A stretch of 64,000 nucleotides of DNA. Origin: Nitrospirota bacterium. GTDB taxonomy: Bacteria; Nitrospirota; UBA9217. The stretch spans positions 32,001-96,000 of the forward strand of contig CAWIYV010000009.1 in assembly GCA_963840455.1 (NCBI GenBank). The letters are read 5' to 3'. How positions within the stretch are numbered: the first letter of the stretch is position 1; every line of letters starts with the position of its first letter. Shown here in pieces: positions 8,873 through 19,359 of this stretch. Position numbers and translations under genes: made by a program. Under the pieces are notes generated by a model. That model saw nothing but the letters and a program-made list of their open reading frames with translations. It searched no databases and had not been told where the DNA came from.

Positions 8873-9874
8873 GTGAGCATATCGATTGCCTTGTCGGGTC
8901 ATCCTGAGCTCTCCTCTATGCATGGTGCGATCAAATTGATGCGGGCCTGGGCTGCAGGTCTGACTGTCACGGTGTTTCTTCTATCGGGGACGGCCTTCGG
9001 TCTGACCGCAAATGATGAGATCAGCTCTTCCTTGAACGGTCTCCCTCTTCTGGACCATGCCGGGCATCTGTCCGTCGCTTATCGCATCCTTCCCGACCAC
9101 TTCGATAGTGCGCTCAATACGTCAGAACCCGGCCGGGAGGAGGCACCTGCCGCGCCGGGCGGCGACCGCACTGCCGTACCTTCCATCGGATATTATGCAA
9201 AGGAGTTCTTCCCCGACCTCTGGGGAGGCACGAAGAGGATCTTTTCCCGGGACAATCTTCCGCTCGCGCTGATCGGCGTGGGGCTGACCGGCCTCGCATT
9301 CACCGTGGACCATAAGGTCCAGAATTACTTCCAGGACAGAAAACCCCTGGAAGACGTCGAGAACATCGGGTACATTATCGGAGCCGGCTCCCCCGAAATC
9401 GTGGTCAGCTTTGCGCTTCTGGGAACGGGAGAGTTGATAAACAATAAAAGGCTGGCTGACACCGGCGTCGTGACGCTCCAAGCCTATCTGATCAACGGGA
9501 TCGCCACGTTGGGTCTGAAGTACGCGGTAGGGAGGGAACGCCCGGACGGCAGTGACCACTTGTCGTTCCCCTCCGGCCATGCATCGCTCACAGCCACGAT
9601 GGCTGCTTCCATTTCAGAGATGTACGACTGGGACCTCCGTCTGGCAATACCGCTCTATCTGACCGCGACATTTGTCGGGGCGACGAGGTTCCAGGCCAAT
9701 GAGCACTACCTGTCCGATGTTGTTGCCGGCATTACGCTGGGCACGCTCGTCGGGATAAGCGTTGCAAAATATCATAAGGAAAAAGACGCGAACAACGGCG
9801 CAGGAGCGGTCGTGACCATCATGCCGGTTGTCTCCAGTGACTACAAAGGGATCGTCCTCGACTGGAGATTTTGA
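8873..9874 (+). CDS. PAP2 family phosphatase (start uncertain, possibly 8918 or 8939)
   Basis: KYAVGRERP, SFPSGH and RFQANEHYLSDV catalytic motifs. Confidence 0.88.
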   Translation: MSISIALSGHPELSSMHGAIKLMRAWAAGLTVTVFLLSGTAFGLTANDEISSSLNGLPLLDHAGHLSVAYRILPDHFDSALNTSEPGREEAPAAPGGDRTAVPSIGYYAKEFFPDLWGGTKRIFSRDNLPLALIGVGLTGLAFTVDHKVQNYFQDRKPLEDVENIGYIIGAGSPEIVVSFALLGTGELINNKRLADTGVVTLQAYLINGIATLGLKYAVGRERPDGSDHLSFPSGHASLTATMAASISEMYDWDLRLAIPLYLTATFVGATRFQANEHYLSDVVAGITLGTLVGISVAKYHKEKDANNGAGAVVTIMPVVSSDYKGIVLDWRF

Positions 9875-9931
9875 ACCGCCGGCCGTTCTTGATCGCGCCT
9901 GCGCCTTTTCCCCGCTTCCGGTCCCGCCACA

Positions 9932-9959
9932 TTGACTCTCCCCGCAAAACTGCTACAAT
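9932..9959 (+). promoter_or_regulatory. Sigma-70-type promoter
   Basis: TTGACT-16 nt-TACAAT with extended -10 TG, upstream of ATG 10019. Confidence 0.5.
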
Positions 9960-9971
9960 CTAGCTACGCAA

Positions 9972-10004
9972 CCCTCACCCGACCTCTTCCCTCCCGGGAG
10001 AGGG
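9972..10004 (+). repeat. CCCTCACCC...GGGAGAGGG palindromic repeat in the 5' UTR
   Basis: ccctcacccgacctcttccctcccgggagaggg, same family as 7970-8010. Confidence 0.6.
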
Positions 10005-10018
10005 ATGAAAGGCATACC

Positions 10019-11425
10019 ATGAAAGAATTCGACGTTGTGATCATCGGCTCCGGCGCCGGCGCGAACCTTATCGAGGACGCGCTGTCGCACAACAAGACCG
10101 TGGCGCTTGTGGACAAGGGGCCTTCGGGCGGGACCTGCCTGAACGTGGGCTGCATCCCGACCAAGATGATCGTGGTCCCGGCTGACCGGGTGATGGAGGT
10201 CCGCGAGGCGAAGAAGCTCGGCATCTTCGCGGAGATCAGGGCCGTGGATTTTCCCGCCATCATGGAGCGGATGCGCTCCCATGTGGGGAAGAGCCGGGAC
10301 CAGATCAAGGCGGCGCTGGAGAGCGCCGAGGACTTCGACTATTACGGAGGCGAGGCGCAGTTCACGGACGAACGCACGCTGGAGGTGAACGGGAAGACGG
10401 TGAAGGGAAAGGCCATTTTCATCGCTGCCGGCGTCCGGCCGCTGGTGCCCGCCATCAAGGGCATCGAGAGCGTCGAGTACCTCACGAACGAGAGCGCCCT
10501 ACGGCTGACGGCGCTGCCCGAAAGCTTGGTCATCATCGGCGGGGGATACATCGCCGCGGAGTTCGCCCATTTCTTCGAGGCAATGGGCACCCGGGTGATG
10601 GTCGTCCAGCGGAACAAGCGGCTCGTGCCCGACGAGGAGCCCGAGGTGTCGGAGCTGCTCAGGAGCTCGCTCGCCAAGCGCATGCAGGTGCACGTCGACA
10701 CGGAGGCGATCGAGGTCAAGCAGACCGGCCCGGTCGTCACGGTCACGGCACAGGAGCGGGGCAGCGGCAAACAGAGGGAATTCACGGCAAGCCATCTCCT
10801 GGTCGCCGCGGGCAGAAAGCCGAACACCGACAACCTCATGGTCACGAACACGGGCGTCAAAACGAATGAAAAGGGCTACATCATCGTGGACGAGTTCTTC
10901 GAGACCTCGGCCAAGGGCATCTGGGCCTTCGGCGATATCATCGGCAAGAAGATGTTCCGGCATTCGGCGAACCATGAGGCCGAGCTGGTCTGGCACAACG
11001 CGGTCCACGGCAAAAAATCGCGCATGAACTACCTCACGGTGCCCCACGCGGTCTTCTCGTGGCCCGAGATCGCCTCCGTGGGCCTCGGTGAGGCCGAGGC
11101 GGTGAAGCTGATCGGCAAACAGGAGGTGCTGGTGGGTAAGGCCATGTACACCGATGTGGCGAGGGGCGAGGCCATGCGGGAAGAGGAGGGTTTCACCAAG
11201 GCGATCGTGCACCGGAAGACCGGGAAGGTCCTCGGCTACCACATCATCGGTCCCCACGCGTCCATCCTCATCCAGGAGGTCGTGAACGCCATGGCCGCCG
11301 ATGGGAACGTGTGGTCCGTTGCAAAGGGGATGCACATCCACCCCGCGCTGTCCGAGGTGGTGCTGAAGGCCTTCGGCAAGCTGCAGCCGGTGGACGGGGA
11401 GCACCATCATCACCACGACCAATAG
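10019..11425 (+). CDS. Class I pyridine nucleotide-disulfide oxidoreductase (dihydrolipoyl dehydrogenase/mycothione reductase-like)
   Basis: IGSGAG FAD motif, [11 protein letters not shown] redox disulfide, GGGYIA and HIHPALSE; His5 tail. Confidence 0.9.
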   Translation: MKEFDVVIIGSGAGANLIEDALSHNKTVALVDKGPSGGTCLNVGCIPTKMIVVPADRVMEVREAKKLGIFAEIRAVDFPAIMERMRSHVGKSRDQIKAALESAEDFDYYGGEAQFTDERTLEVNGKTVKGKAIFIAAGVRPLVPAIKGIESVEYLTNESALRLTALPESLVIIGGGYIAAEFAHFFEAMGTRVMVVQRNKRLVPDEEPEVSELLRSSLAKRMQVHVDTEAIEVKQTGPVVTVTAQERGSGKQREFTASHLLVAAGRKPNTDNLMVTNTGVKTNEKGYIIVDEFFETSAKGIWAFGDIIGKKMFRHSANHEAELVWHNAVHGKKSRMNYLTVPHAVFSWPEIASVGLGEAEAVKLIGKQEVLVGKAMYTDVARGEAMREEEGFTKAIVHRKTGKVLGYHIIGPHASILIQEVVNAMAADGNVWSVAKGMHIHPALSEVVLKAFGKLQPVDGEHHHHHDQ

Positions 11426-11565
11426 CCCGGTCGGTATCACCCGGTCGCAAGCAGGCAGATCCTCTCCCGCCTAACGAGGCAGGGCCTGTTCAGCGGCTGC
11501 GGCCCCGGCAGATGCTTGCCGTGAAGGAGAAACGGCCGCTCACAGCCTGTTTTTCCACAATTTCA

Positions 11566-11595
11566 TTGACTTTCCGCTCCTCCGCATGGTATAAA
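11566..11595 (+). promoter_or_regulatory. Sigma-70-type promoter for typA
   Basis: TTGACT-18 nt-TATAAA with extended -10 TG. Confidence 0.55.
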
Positions 11596-11700
11596 GCCCC
11601 GCTTCGCAAAGATCCCACTTCGATCCACGAAAACCCCAGTCACCAGGAAGTTCTTCCCCTCCGGCCTGATTTTCGCGGTACCCAGAAAAGGAAATGGAAC

Positions 11701-13521
11701 ATGCTGAAAAGAACGGACCTCCGCAACATCGCCATCATCGCCCATGTCGACCACGGCAAGACCACGCTCGTGGACACGCTGCTGCGCCAGAGCGGCACCT
11801 TCCGCGACAACGAGCGCGTGCAGGAACGGGTGATGGACAACATCGACCTGGAGCGCGAGCGCGGCATCACGATCATGGCCAAGAACACGTCGGTGCAGTA
11901 CGGCGACGTGAAGATCAATATCGTTGACACGCCCGGCCACGCGGACTTCGGCGGCGAGGTGGAGCGGACGCTCAAGATGGTGGACGGCGTGCTGCTGCTC
12001 GTGGACGCGTCCGAGGGCCCGCTTCCGCAGACCCGCTTCGTGCTGAAGAAGGCGCTGGAGCTTGGCCTCCCGCCGATCCTCGTGATCAACAAGATCGACC
12101 GGCCCGACGCGCGCATCAGCGAGGTGGTGAACGAGGTCTACGATCTGTTCATCGACCTCGACGCAGATGACCAGCAGCTGGAATTTCCCATCGTCTACAC
12201 CAACGCCCGCGACGGCATCGCGAAGCTCAAGATGGAGGATGAGGGGACGAACCTTCAGCCGCTTTTCGACCTCATCGTGAAGACGGTCCCGCCGGCGGAA
12301 GGCGACGAAACCGCGCCGCTTCAGCTCCTCGTCATGAACATCGATTACAACGACTACGTGGGACGCCTGGCCGTCGGCAAGATCTTCGCCGGCACGGTGA
12401 AGATCACCGATCCCATTGGCGTGGTGCAGCAGGGCGGCAAGATGGTGAAGACCAAGGTCACCTCGCTCTTCGCGTTCCAGGGCCTGAAGCGCGTGGACAC
12501 GGAAACGGCAACAGTGGGCGACATCGTGGCCCTGGCCGGCATCGAGGGCGTGAACATCGGCGATACGATCACCAACCCCGATGACCCCAAACCCCTGCCG
12601 CGCATCGCCGTGGACGAGCCCACGATCTCCATGCTCTTCTCGATCAACAACTCGCCCTTCGCGGGCAAGGAAGGCAAGTACGTCACCTCCCGCCACCTGA
12701 AAGAGCGGCTCGAGAAGGAGCTCCTGTACAACGTGGCCATCAAGGTGGAGGCGGGAGAATCGACCGACACCTTCAAGGTCCTGGGCCGGGGAGAGCTGCA
12801 GCTCGCGATCCTGATCGAGATGATGCGGCGCGAGGGCTACGAGCTCTCGGTCGCCCAGCCCGAGACAGTCACCAAGATCGTTGACGGGAAGACCCACGAA
12901 CCCATGGAGAGCCTGGTCATCGACTGCCCCGAGGAGTTCATCGGCGTGGTCACCCAGAAGCTCGGCTCCCGCAAGGGCCGCATGACCAAGATGGCGAACA
13001 ACGGCCACGGCCGCGTCCGGCTCGAGTTCCGCATCCCGGCGCGGGGACTCATCGGCTTCCGGTCCGAGTTCCTGACCGACACACGCGGCACCGGCCTGTT
13101 GAACCATCTCTTTGACGGCTATGAACCCTGGCAGGGCCCCATCGCGAAGCGGAGCACCGGCGCGCTGGTGGCGGACCGAGCAGGCAAGACCACGACCTAC
13201 GCACTCTACCACATCCAGCCCCGGGGCGAGCTCTTCATCAACGAGAGCACCGCGGTCTACGAGGGCATGATCGTGGGCGAGAACTCGCGCGAGAACGATA
13301 TGGACGTCAACGTGATCAAGGAGAAGAAGCTCACGAACATGCGCGCTTCCGGTGCCGATGAAGCACTTCGGCTCGTCCCCCACCGCCAGCTGTCGCTTGA
13401 GCAGTCGCTGGAGTTCATCAAGGAGGACGAGCTCGTGGAAGTGACGCCGCATTCCATCCGGCTCCGGAAGAAGGTCCTGGAGTCGAACAAGCGGCCGAAG
13501 AGCAGGGAGAAGACGGAGTAG
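11701..13521 (+). CDS. typA: Translational GTPase TypA/BipA
   Basis: [45 protein letters not shown] and [10 protein letters not shown] motifs. Confidence 0.97.
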   Translation: MLKRTDLRNIAIIAHVDHGKTTLVDTLLRQSGTFRDNERVQERVMDNIDLERERGITIMAKNTSVQYGDVKINIVDTPGHADFGGEVERTLKMVDGVLLLVDASEGPLPQTRFVLKKALELGLPPILVINKIDRPDARISEVVNEVYDLFIDLDADDQQLEFPIVYTNARDGIAKLKMEDEGTNLQPLFDLIVKTVPPAEGDETAPLQLLVMNIDYNDYVGRLAVGKIFAGTVKITDPIGVVQQGGKMVKTKVTSLFAFQGLKRVDTETATVGDIVALAGIEGVNIGDTITNPDDPKPLPRIAVDEPTISMLFSINNSPFAGKEGKYVTSRHLKERLEKELLYNVAIKVEAGESTDTFKVLGRGELQLAILIEMMRREGYELSVAQPETVTKIVDGKTHEPMESLVIDCPEEFIGVVTQKLGSRKGRMTKMANNGHGRVRLEFRIPARGLIGFRSEFLTDTRGTGLLNHLFDGYEPWQGPIAKRSTGALVADRAGKTTTYALYHIQPRGELFINESTAVYEGMIVGENSRENDMDVNVIKEKKLTNMRASGADEALRLVPHRQLSLEQSLEFIKEDELVEVTPHSIRLRKKVLESNKRPKSREKTE

Positions 13522-13825
13522 GGGCGCCATCCGCGGGCATCCCAGCCGGGAGCCGGATCATCGTGCATCGTATAACGGGCCGCCTCGCATGAGGCGGCCC
13601 GAGCTGTTTTTGGAGGCTTGACAAGAGTGTTGCTGCTGTCATGCACCTTCTCATATCCTTGTCTGTATTCCGCACGATCCCCTATACATACCCGATCGAT
13701 CGTATTGATCGACAAGCCCACAATAGCTTTTGTACATAATTACTGCTAAAATTACCTACAGAAGCATTCCTTTCGTTTTGATCTCCAAAACCGAAGTCGG
13801 GCTTGTATGTACGGCAGGATAAGAC

Positions 13826-16800
13826 ATGAGGGGAAAAGGGGGCCCTATGGCCGAAAAGAAAAGGCGCGCAAAGGCGAAATCTCTTCAGAAGACCACTGCT
13901 CGCCATAGATCCGGCAGCGCTAAAAAGCCCGGCAACGCTCCACGCCCTGTTTTTCAGCAAGACCCTCTGCGCAAGAACGACAACAAGAGTTTCACCATCG
14001 TCGGTATCGGCGCCTCAGCGGGCGGGTTGGAGGCGTTTGAACAGTTCTTCAGGCACATGCCTGCCGACAGCGGCATGGCCTTCATTTTAGTTTCCCATCT
14101 TGACCCCACTCACAAAAGCATCCTCGGCGATCTCTTAAAGCGCTACACGAACATGGAGATCTTTCAGGCGGAGGACGGGATGGTGGTGGAACCCAACTGC
14201 GTGTACCTCATCCCGCCGAACAAGGACATGTCCATCCTGCACGGGTCGCTCCAGTTGTTTGAGCCTGTCAAGAGCCTTGGGATTCGGCATCCCATTGATT
14301 TCTTTTTCCGGTCTCTGGCGGAAGACCAGGGTGGGAAGGCCATCGGCATCGTCCTCTCCGGAACCGGGACCGAAGGCGCGCTCGGCTTGAAGGCCATTAA
14401 AGGCGAGGGCGGCCTGGTGCTTGCGCAGGAGGTGAAGACCGCCAAGTATGACGGCATGCCGGCGAGCGCCATCGCCACGGGAATTGTTGATTACGTGTTG
14501 TCTCCGGACAAGATGCCGGAACAGCTCCTGAACTATATCCGGCGGCCGTATTCCCGGCCCCTTCTGACGGTTGAAACACCGTCGGGGAAGTCCCAGGAAC
14601 TTCTGCAGAAGATCTATGTGCTGATCCGGGCGCAGACGGGACACGACTTTTCCCTGTACAAGCAGAATACCATTCTGCGCAGGATCGAAAAGCGGATGGC
14701 CATTCATCAGATCGAGCGGCTGACGGATTACGTAACCTATCTTCGCGACAACCCGGCGGAGGTCGATGCGCTGTTCAGGGAGCTGCTCATCCGGGTCACG
14801 AGCTTCTTCCGGGACCCGGAGGCATTCGAGGTCATCGAAGAGAAGGTCCTGCCGCACTTGCTGAAGAACAGGACCTACGATGACCCCATCCGGGTATGGG
14901 TCCCCGGCTGCTCCACCGGTGAGGAAGCCTATTCACTGGCGATCCTGTTCCACCAATATCTGCAGAAAACGAAAAAGAACATCAGGGTCCAGATGTTTGC
15001 GACCGATATCGACAGCGTAGCCATAGATTCGGCCCGCGCCGGTATCTATGAGGAGGGCGTGGCCGCTGACCTCTCGGATGAACAACGGGAAAGGTATTTC
15101 GTAAAAAAGGGTGCGACGTACAAGGTCAGGGAAGATATCCGTGCCATGGTCGTATTCGCGGTACAGAACGTCGTGAAAGACCCGCCGTTCTCCCGGCTCG
15201 ACATGATAAGCTGCAGGAACCTGCTGATCTACCTGAGCGGGGCCCTCCAGAAGAAGGTGCTGCCCCTGTTCAGTTACTCCCTCAGACCCGACGGAGTCCT
15301 CTTCCTCGGGTCCTCCGAGACCATTGGAGACCATGCGGACCTGTTCTCCGTTCTTGACAAGAAATGGAAGGTCTTCAAGGCCAAACGCGGTCCGGGCGTG
15401 CAGGTGCTGGATGGCCGTCGCCCGGCGGCGGAGCGCGACCGGGACGAAAGAACCGTGAAGGAACCCGGTTCCGCAAAGCCCGGAGAACCCGACATCGGCG
15501 TACTGACCGAACAGCTGCTGCTGGACAGCTTTACGCCCCCCTGCGTGATCGTCAATGCGCAAGGCAACATCCTTTACGTGCACGGCAGGACCGGTGCGTA
15601 TCTCGAGCCGGCATCAGGCAAGGCGCGGTTCAATGCCCTCGACATGGCGCGCGAAGGGATCCGGCTTGAGCTCAGGATGGGCCTTCGCAAGATCGTGAGT
15701 CAGAAGAAGAGGCTTCTCTTCTCAGGACTGCACGTCAAGACGAACGGGAATGTCCGGACGGCGGACCTGGAGCTGAAGTACATCAACAAACCGGAGCACC
15801 TCCGGGGCCTGGTCATGATCGTGTTCCACGAGATGCAGCAGGCAAAAGGGACGAAGACAACGAAGGGAAGGGCACACCCTCCCAAAAAGGCCTTGCGGCA
15901 CATCGCCGAGCTGGAGTTGGAGCTCAAATCGACGAAAGAGCATCTCCATTCCACCGTCGAGGAGCTCGAAACCTCCAACGAAGAGCTCAAGTCGACGAAC
16001 GAGGAGCTGCAGTCGTCGAACGAGGAGCTGCAGAGCACCAATGAGGAGATCGAGACCTCGAAAGAAGAGCTCCAATCGGTCAATGAAGAGCTGATGACGG
16101 TGAACGCAGAGCTGCAGACCAAGATCGACGATCTGTCGCAGGCGAACAGCGATATGATCAACCTGCTCGCGGGCACCCAGATCGCCACGGTCTTTCTAGG
16201 CAGCGATCTGCGCATCAAACGGTTCACGCCGATGGCGATCGATCTGATCAACCTGATCCAGACGGACGTGGGGCGCCCGATCAGCGATATCGCCTCGAAA
16301 CTGGAATATCAGGAACTGGTGCAAGACGCACAAGACGTGCTCAGGACCCTGGTCTCGAGAGAGAAGGAAGTGCGCGGCACCAATGGGCGCTGGTATCTGA
16401 TGCGGATCATGCCGTATCGCACCCTGGCGAACGTCATTGACGGTGTTGTCATCACGTTCATCGATATAACCGAGCAGAAAAAAACGCAGGAAACGCTCAG
16501 GGATGCCCTCGAATTCGCCGAGGGCATCGTGGAGACCGTGCGGGAACCGCTCATGGTCCTCGATGCCGGCCTTCGGGTGCTGCGAACGAACGAGGCCTTC
16601 TATACGACCTTCAAGGTCGCTCCCGCGGATACCGAAAAGAAGCTCATCTATGAGCTCGGCAGTCGTCAGTGGGACATTCCGGCGCTCAGGGAACTTCTCG
16701 AAAAGGTCCTTCCCGAGAACACGCAGGTCCGGGATTTCGTGGTGGACCATGAATTCCCGGGTATCGGACGGAAGAAAATGCTGCTCAATGCGCGCAGGGT

Positions 16801-16867
16801 GCTCAGGCGGGACTCGCAGACCCGGACCATACTCCTGGCCATCGAAGACATAAGCGATAAAAGATAA
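13826..16867 (+). CDS. CheB methylesterase-CheR methyltransferase fusion with PAS domains and coiled coil
   Basis: IGASAGG, HLDP, PIDFFF, VTSFFRD, GCSTGEEAYS, SCRNLLIY and ETSNEELKSTNEELQS heptads. Confidence 0.93.
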   Translation: MRGKGGPMAEKKRRAKAKSLQKTTARHRSGSAKKPGNAPRPVFQQDPLRKNDNKSFTIVGIGASAGGLEAFEQFFRHMPADSGMAFILVSHLDPTHKSILGDLLKRYTNMEIFQAEDGMVVEPNCVYLIPPNKDMSILHGSLQLFEPVKSLGIRHPIDFFFRSLAEDQGGKAIGIVLSGTGTEGALGLKAIKGEGGLVLAQEVKTAKYDGMPASAIATGIVDYVLSPDKMPEQLLNYIRRPYSRPLLTVETPSGKSQELLQKIYVLIRAQTGHDFSLYKQNTILRRIEKRMAIHQIERLTDYVTYLRDNPAEVDALFRELLIRVTSFFRDPEAFEVIEEKVLPHLLKNRTYDDPIRVWVPGCSTGEEAYSLAILFHQYLQKTKKNIRVQMFATDIDSVAIDSARAGIYEEGVAADLSDEQRERYFVKKGATYKVREDIRAMVVFAVQNVVKDPPFSRLDMISCRNLLIYLSGALQKKVLPLFSYSLRPDGVLFLGSSETIGDHADLFSVLDKKWKVFKAKRGPGVQVLDGRRPAAERDRDERTVKEPGSAKPGEPDIGVLTEQLLLDSFTPPCVIVNAQGNILYVHGRTGAYLEPASGKARFNALDMAREGIRLELRMGLRKIVSQKKRLLFSGLHVKTNGNVRTADLELKYINKPEHLRGLVMIVFHEMQQAKGTKTTKGRAHPPKKALRHIAELELELKSTKEHLHSTVEELETSNEELKSTNEELQSSNEELQSTNEEIETSKEELQSVNEELMTVNAELQTKIDDLSQANSDMINLLAGTQIATVFLGSDLRIKRFTPMAIDLINLIQTDVGRPISDIASKLEYQELVQDAQDVLRTLVSREKEVRGTNGRWYLMRIMPYRTLANVIDGVVITFIDITEQKKTQETLRDALEFAEGIVETVREPLMVLDAGLRVLRTNEAFYTTFKVAPADTEKKLIYELGSRQWDIPALRELLEKVLPENTQVRDFVVDHEFPGIGRKKMLLNARRVLRRDSQTRTILLAIEDISDKR

Positions 16868-16889
16868 AGCGCCGATTCGAGCTCAGGGT

Positions 16890-17007
16890 TTGAATCCAGG
16901 AGCGAGCGTTTCCCCCGTAGCTTGCTGCGGGGTTAGCGTGCAATGAGAATAACGATAGTTCCTTGAGGATCGAAGATTCCCTGCAGCTTCCTGCAGGAAA
17001 TATTGAT
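16890..17007 (+). mobile_element. Long twin-hairpin TTGAA element (IS200/IS605-like non-autonomous derivative)
   Basis: Co-linear with 28868-28984: TTGAATCCAGGAGCGAGCG..CCCCGTAGCTTGCTGCGGGG..GAGGATCGAAGATTCCCTGCAGCTTCCTGCAGGAAATATTGAT. Confidence 0.7.
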
Positions 17008-17049
17008 CTCGGCCTTAGATGAAAATGAAGGGCGATAAACATCAGTTCT

Positions 17050-17853
17050 ATGAAACGATCCGATTCAAAAAAGAAAAGCCTCACTGCCTTCCGAAGCAAG
17101 GCGGAGAAGAAACTGAAGGAGCAAATGGATAGGTTGGAAAAACTATCCACCCTTGATGTCCGGGACCTTGTTCATGAGCTCGGTACGCACCAGATCGAGC
17201 TGGAAATGCAGAACGAAGAGCTGCGCCGGGCCCAGGAGGAGCTTGAGGCATCGCGCAGCAGGTATGTGGAACTGTACGACTTCGCTCCTGTCGGCTATTT
17301 TACCACTGATGCGCGCGGCCTGATACGGGAGGTGAACCTCACCGGAGCACAGCTTCTGGGAATCGCGAAGGGATCGCTGCTCAACAAATCCTTTGCCGGT
17401 TTTCTTGCAGATGCAGGGGACCGAGGTATATATCATGCGCACCGGAAGGATACGTTCCGGACCCGGGCCCCCCATACCTGCGAGGTCAGGCTCAAGAGAA
17501 GGGATGGCGCATTGTTCTTTTCCCAGCTCCAGAGCGCTGCGGTGGAGAATTTCGATGATAAGGCCGGTCATATCCACACAACGGTGGTCGATATAACGGA
17601 ACGCAAACAGCTCGAGGAAGGGCGGGAGAAGCTCCTCCATGAACTGCAGGATGCATTCGCGAAGATAAAGAAGCTGAAAGAGCTCTTGCCGATCTGTTCA
17701 TACTGCAAGAAGATCCGCAATGACGCAGGCTACTGGCAGCGGGTCGAGTGGTATATCACGGAGCACACGGACACGATGTTCACCCACGGCATATGTCCTG
17801 AATGTTACGAAAAAGTAAAAGAGGAAATGTCACAATTCAGAAAGAAATCATGA
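17050..17853 (+). CDS. PAS domain protein with C-terminal Cys-rich (CxxC...CPEC) domain
   Basis: HELGTHQIELEMQNEEL coiled coil, LYDFAPVGYF PAS and LLPICSYCKKIR...THGICPEC. Confidence 0.85.
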   Translation: MKRSDSKKKSLTAFRSKAEKKLKEQMDRLEKLSTLDVRDLVHELGTHQIELEMQNEELRRAQEELEASRSRYVELYDFAPVGYFTTDARGLIREVNLTGAQLLGIAKGSLLNKSFAGFLADAGDRGIYHAHRKDTFRTRAPHTCEVRLKRRDGALFFSQLQSAAVENFDDKAGHIHTTVVDITERKQLEEGREKLLHELQDAFAKIKKLKELLPICSYCKKIRNDAGYWQRVEWYITEHTDTMFTHGICPECYEKVKEEMSQFRKKS

Positions 17854-18043
17854 CACAAGAAGACCTGGGAACGAGCGACCAAAGAGAAACCGACGTCATC
17901 CTTGGGGTCGTTGAACATACCCGGTCCAGGCTTTTCCATAAGAAAACGTTGAAAGAGCAATGCCATTTGACGTTTAAGGCGTTATGTGAGAAAATGGACA
18001 ACATATTTCGTGTTCCGGTGATAACCCCTCGAAGGGAACCAAC

Positions 18044-19168
18044 ATGGCCGGCATAGAAATCATTGTCGTGGAAGGAGGATCGGACCTCAAGGCTTTCATT
18101 GATCTGCCATGGAGGATCTATGCTCGGTACCCAAACTGGGTCCCTCCCCTTAAAAAGGAGGTTCGCCGGGTGCTGGACACCCGCAAGCATCCGTTCTGGG
18201 AGTTTTCCGAGCGCATCCTCTTTCTGGCACGACGCGGTTCGGAGACGGTGGGAAGGATCGCGGGCATTGTAGATCATCGTTATATCCAATGCCACAACGA
18301 AAAGATGGGCACGTGGGGATTCTTCGAATGTGCCGACGATCCGGAGGCCGCGGCAGCCCTCTTCTCTTCCGTTGAGACGTGGGTCCGCCAGAAGGGGATG
18401 GCCTTCCTGAGAGGCCCGCTCAGCCCGTCGATGAATAACGAGGCGGGGTTGCTCATCGAGGGTTTCGATTATCCGCCTGCTGTGTCGATGACGTACAATC
18501 CGCCGTATTACCTCAGGCTGATCGAATCGTACGGTTTCACCAAAGAGAAGGACCTGCTGGCCTTTCTGCTGGATGGCGGCGATTACCGGCTTCCTGATTG
18601 GATGGACCGTCTTGCCGAGCGGACCGCCCAAAAAAAAGGTGTCTACATCAGGCACGTTGATCCGAAGAATCGGGATGCCGAGTTCGCCCTGATCAGGGAG
18701 ATATACAATAACTCCTGGTCCGGCAACTGGGGTTTCGTCCCCCTGACGGAAAATGAGATGCGGGACATTCAAAAAAGTGTGAAGCCCTTCGCGGACCCGG
18801 ACCTGGTGTTCTTCATCTATTATGAGAATGAACCCGCGGCGGTCTGCGTGATCTTTCCTGACATCAACCCTTTGCTTAAACGCCTCAACGGCCGGATCGG
18901 CCTGCTGGGTCTGCTCAAGGCGCTCATCTATCAGCGTGAGATCAGGGGATTGCGGTTGTTGATGTTCGGGATAAAGGAGAAATATCGACAGCTGGGGTTC
19001 CCCCTGTTGGCATTCCGCCACATCTATAAGATTGCGCGGGAAAATAAGAACTATCAGCATCTGGAGATGGGCTGGACCCTGGAGGACAATGAGTCGATCA
19101 ACGCATTGATAGGGGAAGCCGGCGCAAGAATATACAAGAAATATCGCATATTCAGAAAGGCTTTATGA
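18044..19168 (+). CDS. YghO/bCerS-like tandem GNAT N-acyltransferase
   Basis: FIDLPWRIY..PNWVPPL, HPFW, VGRIAGI, GFFEC, GP.SPSMN.EAGLLIEGF, YNPPYY, NWGFVP and WTLEDN motifs. Confidence 0.8.
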   Translation: MAGIEIIVVEGGSDLKAFIDLPWRIYARYPNWVPPLKKEVRRVLDTRKHPFWEFSERILFLARRGSETVGRIAGIVDHRYIQCHNEKMGTWGFFECADDPEAAAALFSSVETWVRQKGMAFLRGPLSPSMNNEAGLLIEGFDYPPAVSMTYNPPYYLRLIESYGFTKEKDLLAFLLDGGDYRLPDWMDRLAERTAQKKGVYIRHVDPKNRDAEFALIREIYNNSWSGNWGFVPLTENEMRDIQKSVKPFADPDLVFFIYYENEPAAVCVIFPDINPLLKRLNGRIGLLGLLKALIYQREIRGLRLLMFGIKEKYRQLGFPLLAFRHIYKIARENKNYQHLEMGWTLEDNESINALIGEAGARIYKKYRIFRKAL

Positions 19169-19359
19169 TCTAACACCGGGTTCCCAAAATACCTCCAGGA
19201 TTCGACGCGACGGCACAGAGATCGAGCATGCACATGCGCAGGCCCTGTTCGACCCGGCAGACCGCCGGCATTCTGCTTGCGAGGAGCGATCTCGATCATC
19301 AGAATCAGGGATCCGAGAGCCGACCGTTCTGTCGACGACGGCCAAATGGGAAATACCGA

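Noticed and set aside
11311-11700. 130-aa N-terminal extension of TypA in the ORF track
   Set aside because: It overlaps the upstream gene and a good promoter; the conserved TypA sequence starts at 11701.
11563-13530. 655-aa antisense ORF, and similar long antisense ORFs over the PKS, bEBP, kinase and cti genes
   Set aside because: Shadow frames expected from GC-rich codon usage opposite well-supported genes.
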